NCBI GenBank assembly: GCA_964531165.1
Contig: CAZHEA010000001.1
Span: 62,835-126,834 of the forward strand
DNA length: 64,000 bases
Direction of reading: 5' to 3'
Source: an uncultured Thiotrichaceae bacterium
GTDB lineage: Bacteria; Pseudomonadota; Gammaproteobacteria; SZUA-229
Shown: positions 37,286 to 47,503 of the stretch, piece after piece
Position numbering within the stretch: position 1 is the first letter of the stretch
How the letters are laid out: each line of letters opens with the position of its first letter
Translations under genes and position numbers: made by a program
The notes under the pieces: generated by a model
What the model was told of the DNA's origin: nothing
What the model saw: only the letters and a program-made list of their open reading frames with translations
The model's database searches: none

Positions 37286-39145
37286 GTGGAAACCGCTAAA
37301 ACTGATATTGAACAGTGGAAACAAAAATATTATGACCAGCTCGATCGTCTGGAGAAAAAACAATCTGACTGGGAAAATCTCGAAACTACACTTAAAAAAA
37401 CTATCGGCCGTCTGGGCCTGGCAGCAGAAGGTCAGCATGCGACACTCGATCGCCATATCAATGAACTACGTAATACCATAAAAAATACCATTGATCGACA
37501 AAGGCTTGAGTCTGTAGTTGATGACATTTCGCGTACACTGGCTAAACTTGAAGATAAACAAACTGATACCAATCGTGAATCTATACATTCATTAGAACAT
37601 TTGATTAAAAATATTATACTGCCAAAAAGCGCTCACAAATCACAGACTAAACTACTTAAAACATTCGCTAAGGCAGACGACACACAACGTGATGATTTAA
37701 TAAAAGACTCTCTACAACTATTAACTTCCGTCATATCTATAAATGTATCTGAGACTGATAAACCCGGTTTAATTGAGCGCCTGTTTCAATCTAATAATAA
37801 GGATAATACTTCAAACCATTCAATAGAACCGGAAAAACCTGCTGATACTGATGAACAACAACTAAAAGTTTATAAAAGCTGTTTAATTGAACTCCTTTCC
37901 AGGCTTGATAATCCGGACTCACCAAATGGTAAAATCAGTGCCCTGAAAATGGGTGCACGGGATGCACAACAAAAAAATGAACTGGATAAACTTTCTGAGC
38001 AGCTTTCTCAAATGTTGCGTGAACAAAGCCCCTCCCAGAACAACATTGATACTACACCTGCCACTAGTGAAATTTTAAATACTTCATCGCAGCCTTCAAT
38101 TCAGGAATTATTAATTCGCCTGCTTGAACAGCTCATTATCCCTGCAGATCTTCAGGATGCAGCAAATAAGATGAAGCACCGACTAGAACATGAAAGTCAG
38201 CCTGCAAACTGGAAGTCACTATTAAAAGATGTTGCTTTGCTGATTAACTCTATTCGTAGTCGTATGCAAAAAGAAAAACATGAATTTGAAAACTTTTTGC
38301 AACAGGTCACTGATCGCTTAAAAATGATGGATCAGTTTTTACAATCTGAATCTTCAAATATATTAGAAGCCGAAAATCAGGGTAAAGCATTTGATAAGCA
38401 GCTTGACTCTAACGTCAATGAAATTCGTCTCGATATAAATAATGCCACTGAACTAACCAGCCTTAAAGAAAATGTAACTTCAAAGCTGGATACTATTTCC
38501 GGACATATAAAACTGTATCGTGAGTCTGAAGATATACGTTTTCAAAACTCTCAGCAACAAGTCGACACTATGGCTGAGAAAATGCAATCGCTTGAGAAAG
38601 AAACAAGCCAACTAAAAAAACTGGTCATTGAAAAAAATAAGCAGGCAATGTTTGATGCACTCACCGAAATTCCAAATCGTCTTTCTTATGAAAAAAAAGC
38701 CGCAGAAGAAATTGCCCGCTGGAAACGTTTTTCTACTCCACTGAGTCTGGCGATATGGGATATCGATTTATTTAAAAAGGTCAATGACACCTACGGCCAT
38801 AAAGCCGGTGATAAAGTTTTAAAAACTGTAGCCCAGCTGTTGGTAAAAAGTATCCGTGAAACTGACTTTCTAGCTCGTTATGGTGGTGAAGAGTTTGTGA
38901 TGCTGTTACCGGGCACTCGACAGGAAGAAACATTACGTCTGCTCAATAAGCTACGTCAACAAATTGAAAATTGTGGATTTCATTATCACGGCGAAGCCGT
39001 TAACATCACAATTTCCTGCGGTGTCTGCAGTTTTAATGATGGCGACACATTAAATCAGGTATTTGAACGTGCTGATAAAGCCCTCTATAAAGCCAAAGAA
39101 AATGGCCGTAACCAGTGTGTTGCCGCATCTTGTCTGTCTGATTAA
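37286..39145 (+). CDS. Diguanylate cyclase with a long coiled-coil N-terminal region
   Basis: GGEEF at 38882-38896 with an RETD I-site five residues upstream. About 440 aa of heptad-rich sequence with no TM helix or recognisable sensor domain. GTG start. Confidence 0.85.
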   Translation: METAKTDIEQWKQKYYDQLDRLEKKQSDWENLETTLKKTIGRLGLAAEGQHATLDRHINELRNTIKNTIDRQRLESVVDDISRTLAKLEDKQTDTNRESIHSLEHLIKNIILPKSAHKSQTKLLKTFAKADDTQRDDLIKDSLQLLTSVISINVSETDKPGLIERLFQSNNKDNTSNHSIEPEKPADTDEQQLKVYKSCLIELLSRLDNPDSPNGKISALKMGARDAQQKNELDKLSEQLSQMLREQSPSQNNIDTTPATSEILNTSSQPSIQELLIRLLEQLIIPADLQDAANKMKHRLEHESQPANWKSLLKDVALLINSIRSRMQKEKHEFENFLQQVTDRLKMMDQFLQSESSNILEAENQGKAFDKQLDSNVNEIRLDINNATELTSLKENVTSKLDTISGHIKLYRESEDIRFQNSQQQVDTMAEKMQSLEKETSQLKKLVIEKNKQAMFDALTEIPNRLSYEKKAAEEIARWKRFSTPLSLAIWDIDLFKKVNDTYGHKAGDKVLKTVAQLLVKSIRETDFLARYGGEEFVMLLPGTRQEETLRLLNKLRQQIENCGFHYHGEAVNITISCGVCSFNDGDTLNQVFERADKALYKAKENGRNQCVAASCLSD

Positions 39146-39413
39146 CTATTTGTCGCTGTCATTCAGTTACACGGCTCTGTAGTTTTATGTTCGATTTCAC
39201 ATAAAGGCACTTTAGCCTAATTTACAATTTTTTAAATTTTTTTGATATTTGATGGATTTTCAGCTCAATTTTCACATAAAACAGCTCTTTTTCGCTTTAA
39301 TCTACCCATTTTCCTTACATCAATCAGTCTAATTAATATTGCTAAATAGCACTATCTCAGCTATGTTTACACCACGAAAACCCTTGGCTATAAAAATATA
39401 AATGGAGAACAAA

Positions 39414-40001
39414 ATGAAGAAGGTTGCTTATTTAATTGCAGGTGTTGCACTGTCAGCATTCATCAGTGGCTGTAGTGACAAGAAACAAGAAGAAGTTGCA
39501 GATTGTGTATTTCCTGATGCACCTGGAACTGCAGCACCTGGTTGGGTTTGTGATGAGCCGGTTAAAGATCTGGAAGTATCTGCAGTTGGATCTGCATCTA
39601 AATCAGGAGCTGGCCATGATTTTATGAAAACCATGGCTTCAACAGCAGCACGGGTTCAGTTAGCACAGAATATGAAAGTGCAGGTACGCAACATGGTTAA
39701 ACAATATGTTGAAACCACCGGTGCGGCTGATACTGAAACCGTTGATAAAGTAATGACATCCGTCACCAAGCAAATTACTAACGAAACGCTGGTAGGCACT
39801 AAAATTTATAAAACCCGCACCAGTCCTAATGGCAATCTGTATGTGTTAGTGGGTATGGATGAAGCTAGTGTTCAGCAAGCCACCCAAAAAGCCCTTAAAA
39901 CCAGCATGAAAAATGAGCGTGCATTATGGCAGCAGTTTAAAGCTCAGAAAACTCAGGATGAATTAGCCGCTGAAATTTCTAAGATGGATGGTAATAACTA
40001 G
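39414..40001 (+). CDS. LPP20-family lipoprotein
   Basis: Lipobox FISGC. The mature part resembles LPP20/FlgP-type lipoproteins (AR.QLAQ....V....V). I prefer the ATG at 39414. Confidence 0.55.
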   Translation: MKKVAYLIAGVALSAFISGCSDKKQEEVADCVFPDAPGTAAPGWVCDEPVKDLEVSAVGSASKSGAGHDFMKTMASTAARVQLAQNMKVQVRNMVKQYVETTGAADTETVDKVMTSVTKQITNETLVGTKIYKTRTSPNGNLYVLVGMDEASVQQATQKALKTSMKNERALWQQFKAQKTQDELAAEISKMDGNN

Positions 40002-40114
40002 AAATACAGCTCAGGGATGAATGTTATTCTGTGAATAATTTTCGCTGGATAAGACTACACAAGGAAGTGAAATGGCTTATATTTCAATATATTTCAAGTA
40101 TTTAAGGGATTATT

Positions 40115-41620
40115 ATGCAAAAGCAGACTATTCTGTTCGTTAGTCTATGTTCACTCACAGGTCTGTCTTTAAGTAGCATTGCCAACAGTCAGGCTGAGTT
40201 TCAACAGTGGATGCATCAGGAAACAGCCAGCTTTCAGGAATATAAAGATAAGCGCGATAAAGAGTTTACAGGGTTTCTTGAAAATCAATGGAAGGAAATG
40301 CAAACCTTTCAAGGTATCGTCCGCGACGAAACACCTAAACCTACTCGAATACCAAAGGCTCCGCCTAAACCTGTCATCCAGAAAATCCAGGCCGATAATC
40401 AAAAGCCGAATTCTCAGTTACCCACTAAAGTTACGCCGTCAGTCATAGTTAAAATTCCCGTCATTACACCTGCGCCAAAACCGGTTAAAGTCATTCCTGT
40501 AACGATTATTAAAAGTCCGAAAGGCCGTAAAATTCAGTTAAATTTCTATGGTCAGAACCTCAACTTTTATTACGACCCAAAACTTAAAGTCCGCCTACAG
40601 CGTCCGATTAATGAAAAGTCCATGAGTAAAATCTGGTCAGATATGAGTCGTGCAGATTATGATGGATTATTAAAACAAATCGATGCACAGCGCAAACCTC
40701 TTATATTAAATGACTGGGGTTATGCACTACTGACCAATGCCATCGCTCAAAAAGTTCATCCAAATAGTAAAAATGACCAGTCTGTTTTCACCTGGTATTT
40801 AATGACTAAAGCCGGCTATCAGGCACGCATTGCGTATGATCAAAATTACGTTTATCTACTGATGCCCGCACAACAACAATTATTCGGATCACCATATTTT
40901 ACGTTTGATAATACCCGTTATTATGCTCTCAGCTTTGATGGTATAAAGCAGAGGCCCGGGCGAATTTTTACCTATAATGGCCATTATCCCGGTGCTAAAA
41001 AACAACTAGACATGAGCTTAGGCCATGCATTTAACACCGGACGTAAGCAAAAATCACGTTATTTAAACTTTACTTATAAAGGTAAAACACACCGTATTAA
41101 TGTCGGGTACGACAAAGAAACCATACGTTACCTTAAAACTTATCCACAAATGGATATTGGGCTTTATTTCAATTCTGATCTCAGTCAGGCTACTGCTAAT
41201 CCTTTACTGTCTCAGTTAAAACCACTGGTCGAAGGCAAATCTGAACAGGATGCCATTAATTTAATATTACGTTTTGTGCAAACAGCATTTAAATATAAAA
41301 CAGATGAACAACAATTTGGTATTGAGAATTATTTATTCCCAGAAGAAACGTTACATTATCCATACTCTGATTGTGAAGACCGTGCTGTTTTCTTCGCCTG
41401 GATCGTACATAATTTGCTCGGCTTAAAGGTTATCGGGCTTGATTACCCTGGACATATTTCAGCCGCCGTATTATTCAATGAAAGGGTAAGTGGTGACTCA
41501 GTTAATTTTAACGGTAAACGCTATGTAATGACTGACCCTACCTATATTAATGCCGATGCGGGCATGAGCATGCCTGCTTACAAAAACAAGAAACCCGGTG
41601 TGATACGTGTTTTTAATTAA
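40115..41620 (+). CDS. Exported protein with a C-terminal transglutaminase-like Cys-His-Asp fold
   Basis: Signal peptide and a Pro/Lys-rich linker. C-terminal YSDCEDRAVFFAWIV...YPGHISAAV...MTDPTY matches the transglutaminase-like catalytic-triad spacing. Confidence 0.55.
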   Translation: MQKQTILFVSLCSLTGLSLSSIANSQAEFQQWMHQETASFQEYKDKRDKEFTGFLENQWKEMQTFQGIVRDETPKPTRIPKAPPKPVIQKIQADNQKPNSQLPTKVTPSVIVKIPVITPAPKPVKVIPVTIIKSPKGRKIQLNFYGQNLNFYYDPKLKVRLQRPINEKSMSKIWSDMSRADYDGLLKQIDAQRKPLILNDWGYALLTNAIAQKVHPNSKNDQSVFTWYLMTKAGYQARIAYDQNYVYLLMPAQQQLFGSPYFTFDNTRYYALSFDGIKQRPGRIFTYNGHYPGAKKQLDMSLGHAFNTGRKQKSRYLNFTYKGKTHRINVGYDKETIRYLKTYPQMDIGLYFNSDLSQATANPLLSQLKPLVEGKSEQDAINLILRFVQTAFKYKTDEQQFGIENYLFPEETLHYPYSDCEDRAVFFAWIVHNLLGLKVIGLDYPGHISAAVLFNERVSGDSVNFNGKRYVMTDPTYINADAGMSMPAYKNKKPGVIRVFN

Positions 41621-41690
41621 TATTGAACCGGTACAATTTTACTCAACGGCACATTACCAAACCTGTCTTTTAGTTTAAATCAGCTATTAT

Positions 41691-42974
41691 TTATTCAATG
41701 AAAAACAGACTTAACTCTGGTACATAAGTAATAATCAGCAATACAACTAACAATACAATTACAAACGGTAAACTTGCCTGATAAACTTCAGCAATTGGCT
41801 TCTTAAATCGAAAACTGGAAATAAATAAATTAATACCCACTGGTGGTGTTAAATATCCAATCTGCATATTCGCTAAAAAAATAATCCCCAGATGCACCGG
41901 GTGTACGCCAAAGCTTGTTGCCACTGGTAATATTAATGGAACAATAATAACCAGTGCTGAAAAAATATCCAGAATCGCACCGACAAATAGTAGGAAAATA
42001 TTCAGTACTATCAGAAATTGAATTTTTGAATCTACATTTTCTTTAACAAAAGAAAATAGTCTATCAGGTATTTCCGCATCTACGAATACATTGGTTAGTG
42101 CCAGAGAAACAGCTAGAATAAGCAAAATACTACCAACCATTACCATCGATTCAAGTATCACTTCCTTTAGCTTTTTAATAGAAACTTCTTTATATATTAA
42201 AGTTTCAACTATCATAAAATAAATTGCAACCAGTGCTGCTGCTTCAGATATAGCGAAGAAACCAGAATATATGCCTGCTACCAGAAAAAATGGCATTGGT
42301 AATTCCCATCGCATTTCCCATATTGCTGAAAATAATTTTTGTTTAGTAAAAGTTTCCGTCTTAATTTCAAACTGTCTATTCTTAATAATAGAATATATCG
42401 ACAAAACAATTACCATCAAGGCTGCTGGCATTAGTCCGGCTATAAACAAATCATTAATTTCAAATTTAGTTTCCAATTCCATTTGCTGAGCAATAATGCC
42501 ATATAGAATTAATGGTAATGAGGGAGCTAGTAGTAACCCAAGACTTCCAGATGCGGTAACCATACCTAAACTAAATTTTTCTGTATAGCCTGCATTCTTT
42601 AATGCCGGGTATAACAAAGCACCCAATGCGACTATTGTTACACCAGAAGCACCGGTAAAAGCGGTGAAAATAGCACTGGCAATGAATGCAAATATAACCA
42701 AGCCACCGGGAAACCAACCTACCATAGCCTGGATTAAATTAAGCATTCTTTGGGATGTATTACTGGCACTAAGAATATAGCCGGCAAAAGTAAACATCGG
42801 AAGTGCCATTAATAACGGAGTTTCAGCAATTCTATATAACTCAATACCAATTACTTGTAGGTCTATATCGGCACTGTAAAAACCATATAATGCACCGGCA
42901 GCTATAACTGAAAACAATGGTGCACCGAACAGAGCTAGTATAACCAGCAGCACTATTACAAAAATAGTCATCAT
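41691..42974 (-). CDS. dctM: TRAP transporter large permease
   Basis: 427 aa polytopic protein, 4-nt overlap with dctQ. Confidence 0.85.
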   Translation of the reverse strand: MMTIFVIVLLVILALFGAPLFSVIAAGALYGFYSADIDLQVIGIELYRIAETPLLMALPMFTFAGYILSASNTSQRMLNLIQAMVGWFPGGLVIFAFIASAIFTAFTGASGVTIVALGALLYPALKNAGYTEKFSLGMVTASGSLGLLLAPSLPLILYGIIAQQMELETKFEINDLFIAGLMPAALMVIVLSIYSIIKNRQFEIKTETFTKQKLFSAIWEMRWELPMPFFLVAGIYSGFFAISEAAALVAIYFMIVETLIYKEVSIKKLKEVILESMVMVGSILLILAVSLALTNVFVDAEIPDRLFSFVKENVDSKIQFLIVLNIFLLFVGAILDIFSALVIIVPLILPVATSFGVHPVHLGIIFLANMQIGYLTPPVGINLFISSFRFKKPIAEVYQASLPFVIVLLVVLLIITYVPELSLFFIE

Positions 42975-43465
42975 TTCGTTGACTGTCCAGATTCAGGTAA
43001 TAATGATTGTAGAATATATCTCAAACCCATTATAAAAAATGCAACGGGTATAATTGACTCAGTTAACCACACCGGTACTTTAGAAAATGCCATTTCATTC
43101 AGTTCATACTCACCCTGAATAAATATAAAACTATAATAACTTATTATTAAACAAATCACTGCAGCAAAAATAGAACCTGCTGTTTTAATTAATTTTTTAT
43201 ACTCTGTAGGAAAATAATGTGATAATACATCTATGTTGATATGTTTATTTTGTCTACTTGCTACAATTGAACCTGTTAAACCTAGCCATAAAACTAAAAT
43301 ACTGAGAAGGCTATCACCCCAGATTAAGCCACTATCGAAAAAGTTTCTTAACACTATCTGTATCATAGCTATTATTAAGATACTTGATAAAAAAGATATC
43401 ACCAGAAAATTTTCAGATTTTTCTATTATCTTTAATATCAACTTAATGACACTGTCTTTAGACAA
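42971..43465 (-). CDS. dctQ: TRAP transporter small permease
   Basis: 164 aa, four TM helices. Confidence 0.75.
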   Translation of the reverse strand: MSKDSVIKLILKIIEKSENFLVISFLSSILIIAMIQIVLRNFFDSGLIWGDSLLSILVLWLGLTGSIVASRQNKHINIDVLSHYFPTEYKKLIKTAGSIFAAVICLIISYYSFIFIQGEYELNEMAFSKVPVWLTESIIPVAFFIMGLRYILQSLLPESGQSTK

Positions 43466-43466
43466 C

Positions 43467-44468
43467 TTATATATCCTTATTTGCCCTGAATACTTCTAAT
43501 TCATGTGTCACGTTTTCTATTATTTTATTGGACATTATATTTTTATTCTTAATGGTGTCTCTAGCATCTACGCCTTTTTTTACCCAATATTCAAGCATAT
43601 TATCTGCAGGTGATGAATCTTTAAGGCCCTGACTTTTTAAAGCTTCAAATGCGGATAAATTTTCTTTTCTATTTTTTGCATCAATACGGGCAAGAACTTT
43701 GTTCATTGTATCTTTTACTATTTTCTGGTCCTGTTTACTTATTTTATTAAACTGTTTTTTACTTATAATAAACGTCCCATATATATACATTAGTGGTACA
43801 TTCGAATAAAAATTAACCTGCGTATGCCATTGTAATGTGATTGCTACCACTGGTGGAATAATAACGGTATCTATTAAATTTGTTTGTAATCCTGTTAAAA
43901 CATCACCTATATTTAGAGGTATTGGTGTTACACCTATCGCGTTTAAAGTTAATTCAATTTGTTTGTTACCTGATGGTGCCCATACTTTATATGAACTTAA
44001 ATCACCTTTTTTATTAATATCTTTTGTTGATAATATATATGCAAAACCTGTTTCTGATATGCCAAAACTAACCATATCTCCTTCTTCTATTCCATCTTTA
44101 ATGCTTGAATCAAATTTGTTTCTTATATGATCTACTTCTTCAATGCTATTAAATAGTTTTGGTAGCGCATAAACCTGACTATCCGGGTATATAGTCGCTA
44201 ATACGCCATTCGCTACAATCGCACCTTGCAACTGATTAATACGAATTTTTTTCATCGCTATTTTTTCCGAGCCCATTACACCACCCGGATAAAATTTAAA
44301 TTTTACCCTTCCCTGTGTTTGCTTTTTTATTTCTTTTGCTGCAGCTCGCATCTGCTTCATCCAGAATGTTCCATCTGGTACATCTGTAGATATTTTAAAT
44401 GTTTTTGCCTGTATTGAAGGAAAAACCATCATAAGCATTAAAAAATTTATCAGTAATGTTTTTTTCAT
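43467..44468 (-). CDS. dctP: TRAP transporter substrate-binding protein
   Basis: Signal peptide, 333 aa, DctP-like. Directly upstream of dctQM. Confidence 0.8.
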   Translation of the reverse strand: MKKTLLINFLMLMMVFPSIQAKTFKISTDVPDGTFWMKQMRAAAKEIKKQTQGRVKFKFYPGGVMGSEKIAMKKIRINQLQGAIVANGVLATIYPDSQVYALPKLFNSIEEVDHIRNKFDSSIKDGIEEGDMVSFGISETGFAYILSTKDINKKGDLSSYKVWAPSGNKQIELTLNAIGVTPIPLNIGDVLTGLQTNLIDTVIIPPVVAITLQWHTQVNFYSNVPLMYIYGTFIISKKQFNKISKQDQKIVKDTMNKVLARIDAKNRKENLSAFEALKSQGLKDSSPADNMLEYWVKKGVDARDTIKNKNIMSNKIIENVTHELEVFRANKDI

Positions 44469-44479
44469 AATTTCATTTT

Positions 44480-45361
44480 CTAAAAGTAATCTTCAGCACT
44501 ACGCTGTAATGCTTTAGCCTTTTCAATTGCTAAAGTGTTTATTAAATTTGGTGATACATTTTTATCTGATAAAATTTCAGATATTAATTTGTTATGCAAA
44601 TTCTCATCAAATATTAATCTGGAATAATATTCTGCATATAATGCTTTCGCCATTAAATTTGTATTATTTGATATGCTAATTGCCATTTCGAAATGTTTTT
44701 TACCCACTTCAGGTTTTCCACCTAACGTCGCCGGTATAATGCTGTTTAATACACCTAAATATACATGAGCATTTCCATTATCTATTTCATTATCATGCTC
44801 AATAATCTTTTCCATTAACAATTTAATTTGTGCTAATTGTGCCATCGCGTTCCAGTCATCAGTATTAACCTGTATCCAGGACACCCATGCAGTAGCTAGC
44901 TTATATAGAATTATAGCATCTTCAGTACTCATTCTATTTAATAGCGTATATAACTCAGAATATTTTATTACGGTTATTCTGCAATAAAATTCTTTATAAA
45001 TACATATGGCTTTACTAGCCCTGTCTAACGCTTTCTGATTTAATATTTTCTGTTGATTCCTGATTTTTAGAATTTCATAGTCTGGTATATCTTCTATTAT
45101 GTCTATTTGCGAGCCGAGTAATGATGAATAAGCATTCATTAAATTAACTGAAGCAAGTAAAGTCTCTTCATTATCCGCATCACCTTCTATCAATCCATCT
45201 AACAACACGATGTATGCTGGCAGGGCTTGCATAATCGTTTGTGGATCATTGCTTGTTTTAATTGCTGTATTCAAATTATTTGTAAATGAATCTATATATA
45301 ATGAGCAACTACTTATAAATATGTAAAATACTATTACTGGTAAAATCCGCTTTATTTTCAT
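44480..45361 (-). CDS. TatT-like TPR component of a TPAT-type TRAP transporter
   Basis: 293 aa helical-repeat protein. C-terminal ...GGKPEVGKKHFEMAISISNNTNLMAKALYAEYYSRLIFDENLH... resembles the TatT family. Heads the dctPQM operon. Confidence 0.6.
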   Translation of the reverse strand: MKIKRILPVIVFYIFISSCSLYIDSFTNNLNTAIKTSNDPQTIMQALPAYIVLLDGLIEGDADNEETLLASVNLMNAYSSLLGSQIDIIEDIPDYEILKIRNQQKILNQKALDRASKAICIYKEFYCRITVIKYSELYTLLNRMSTEDAIILYKLATAWVSWIQVNTDDWNAMAQLAQIKLLMEKIIEHDNEIDNGNAHVYLGVLNSIIPATLGGKPEVGKKHFEMAISISNNTNLMAKALYAEYYSRLIFDENLHNKLISEILSDKNVSPNLINTLAIEKAKALQRSAEDYF

Positions 45362-45394
45362 TTCAATTTTGTGCCAATTAATTTTTAATTACTT

Positions 45395-47431
45395 TTACAC
45401 TAGTCCACTATGCTTCAATAACGCTTCTATATCTGGTTGTCTTCCACGAAACTGAGTAAACAAGCTCATTGCTTTTTCAGAACCACCCGTTTCTAGAATA
45501 TTGTGCATAAATTCATGGCCTGTATCTTTATTAAAAATACCGTATTCTTCAAATTTTGAGAATGCATCTGCTGATAAAACTTCCGCCCATTTATAACTAT
45601 AGTATCCTGCTGCATATCCACCTGAGAATATATGTGTGAAACTATGCTGAAACTGATTACTTTGTGGAGGCTTTATTACAGCTACCTGTTCTCGTACTTC
45701 ATTTAGTATTTTTTGTACACTTTCAAAGCCATTCTGATCATACTCAATATGTAATCTAAAATCGAATAAAGCAAATTCAAGTTGTCTCAGCATAATCATC
45801 GCAGACTGAAAGTTTTTAGCTTTTATGAGCTTTTTATATAGATCTTGCGGTAATGACTCTCCGGTCTCTATATGTTCAGTTATTAAAGCTAAACCTTCTT
45901 TTTGCCAACACCAGTTTTCCATAAACTGACTTGGTAACTCTACCGCATCCCACTCAACTCCACTAATACCAGAAACAAATAATGAATCAACTTTGGTTAA
46001 CATGTGTTGTAAGCCATGACCGAACTCATGAAATAAAGTTGTTACCTCATCATGACTCAATAATGCCGGTTTATCTCCAACAGGAGCTGATAAATTACAG
46101 GTTAAATATGCCACAGGTGTTTGAATGGTTTTTTTGCATTTCATTCTACAAATGCATTCATCCATCCATGCACCACCACGTTTATTGTTTCTACTATAAA
46201 GATCTAAATAAAACTGACCACGCAGATTACCTGTTTCATCAGTTATCTCATAAAATTTAACATCTTTATGCCAGACATTTACATCATTTATCTCTTTTAT
46301 TACTATGCCGTACAATCGATTTACTATTTCAAATAAACCTTTGATTACTTTTTCAGCCGGGAAGTAGGGCTTTAACTCCTGCTGACTGATTCCATACTCC
46401 TTCTGTTTCAATTTCTCGGACATGAACATCACATCCCATGCTTCCAGTTGATTGATTTTATATTCTTGTTTAGCAAATTTCTTTAAAATACTGTACTCTT
46501 TCTCTGCCTGTGGTTTTGATTTTTTAACCAGATCATTTAGAAAATTTAAAACATCAGATGTATTTTCAGCCATTTTATCGGCTATAGAAACCTCCGCATA
46601 ATTATTATAATTTAATATATCCGCTATTTGTTTTCGTGCTGTCAGTATTTCCAGCATAACTTCACTATTATCAAATTCAGCTGCATTTGGTCCTTTAGCT
46701 GATGCTCGGGTTGTATATGCCGTATATATTTCTTCACGAAATTTTCTTATTTTTGAATACGTCATGACTCCAATATAAGATGGTGCATCCAGTGTGAACA
46801 ACCAGCCTTTTAGTTTATCATCCTCTGCAAACTGTTTTGCCATATCTATTACAAAATCAGGTAACCCTGAAAGCTGACTGCTATCTTCAATGTGGATACG
46901 AAAAGCCTGTGTTGCATCCATTACATTCTGTTCAAACTTCGAATGTAAATTCGATAATTTGCTCTTCATTTGTTTAAATTGTTCTTTCTTTTCATTTGAA
47001 AGCGCCACTCCACTCAAGTTAAATTTCTGAATGGCATTTTCGATGACTTTTTTATTCGCCTTATCCAGTCCATTAAACTCTTTTGCTGACTGAATACCAG
47101 TATATGCTTCAAATAGGGCCTGATTTTGAGACATATCTGTTGAATACGCACTAAGCTTAGTTAAACAATTGTCATGAATTTGTCTTAATTCTTCACTATT
47201 CATAACTGAATTTAAATGACTGACTGGAGACCAGGCTCTAGATAGCAAATTATCCATCGCTTCTAATTCTGCTATAAATACTGGCCAATCATGGATTTTT
47301 TCTGATATTAACAATCCATTTAGTTTTTTCGTGTTTTCTTTAATAATTGCAGTAATAGTGCTTTCTATTTCATTATTTTTTATCTTTGTAAATTCTGGTA
47401 ACTGTTGCTGATTCGTAAGTACATTATTCAT
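45395..47431 (-). CDS. prlC: Oligopeptidase A (M3 family)
   Basis: HEFGH zinc motif (LFHEFGHGLQHML), 678 aa, similar to PrlC along its whole length. Confidence 0.9.
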   Translation of the reverse strand: MNNVLTNQQQLPEFTKIKNNEIESTITAIIKENTKKLNGLLISEKIHDWPVFIAELEAMDNLLSRAWSPVSHLNSVMNSEELRQIHDNCLTKLSAYSTDMSQNQALFEAYTGIQSAKEFNGLDKANKKVIENAIQKFNLSGVALSNEKKEQFKQMKSKLSNLHSKFEQNVMDATQAFRIHIEDSSQLSGLPDFVIDMAKQFAEDDKLKGWLFTLDAPSYIGVMTYSKIRKFREEIYTAYTTRASAKGPNAAEFDNSEVMLEILTARKQIADILNYNNYAEVSIADKMAENTSDVLNFLNDLVKKSKPQAEKEYSILKKFAKQEYKINQLEAWDVMFMSEKLKQKEYGISQQELKPYFPAEKVIKGLFEIVNRLYGIVIKEINDVNVWHKDVKFYEITDETGNLRGQFYLDLYSRNNKRGGAWMDECICRMKCKKTIQTPVAYLTCNLSAPVGDKPALLSHDEVTTLFHEFGHGLQHMLTKVDSLFVSGISGVEWDAVELPSQFMENWCWQKEGLALITEHIETGESLPQDLYKKLIKAKNFQSAMIMLRQLEFALFDFRLHIEYDQNGFESVQKILNEVREQVAVIKPPQSNQFQHSFTHIFSGGYAAGYYSYKWAEVLSADAFSKFEEYGIFNKDTGHEFMHNILETGGSEKAMSLFTQFRGRQPDIEALLKHSGLV

Positions 47432-47503
47432 ATGTTTTTTTATCTTTAATCAAACGATTTATTAGTGATAGATAATTATATATTAAGCAAGGTTTACGAT
47501 AAA

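Noticed and set aside
37206-37481. 91-aa plus-strand ORF overlapping the dsbA-cyclase spacer
   Set aside because: It spans two terminator hairpins and then overlaps the cyclase gene out of frame. The translation is compositionally odd and there is no RBS.
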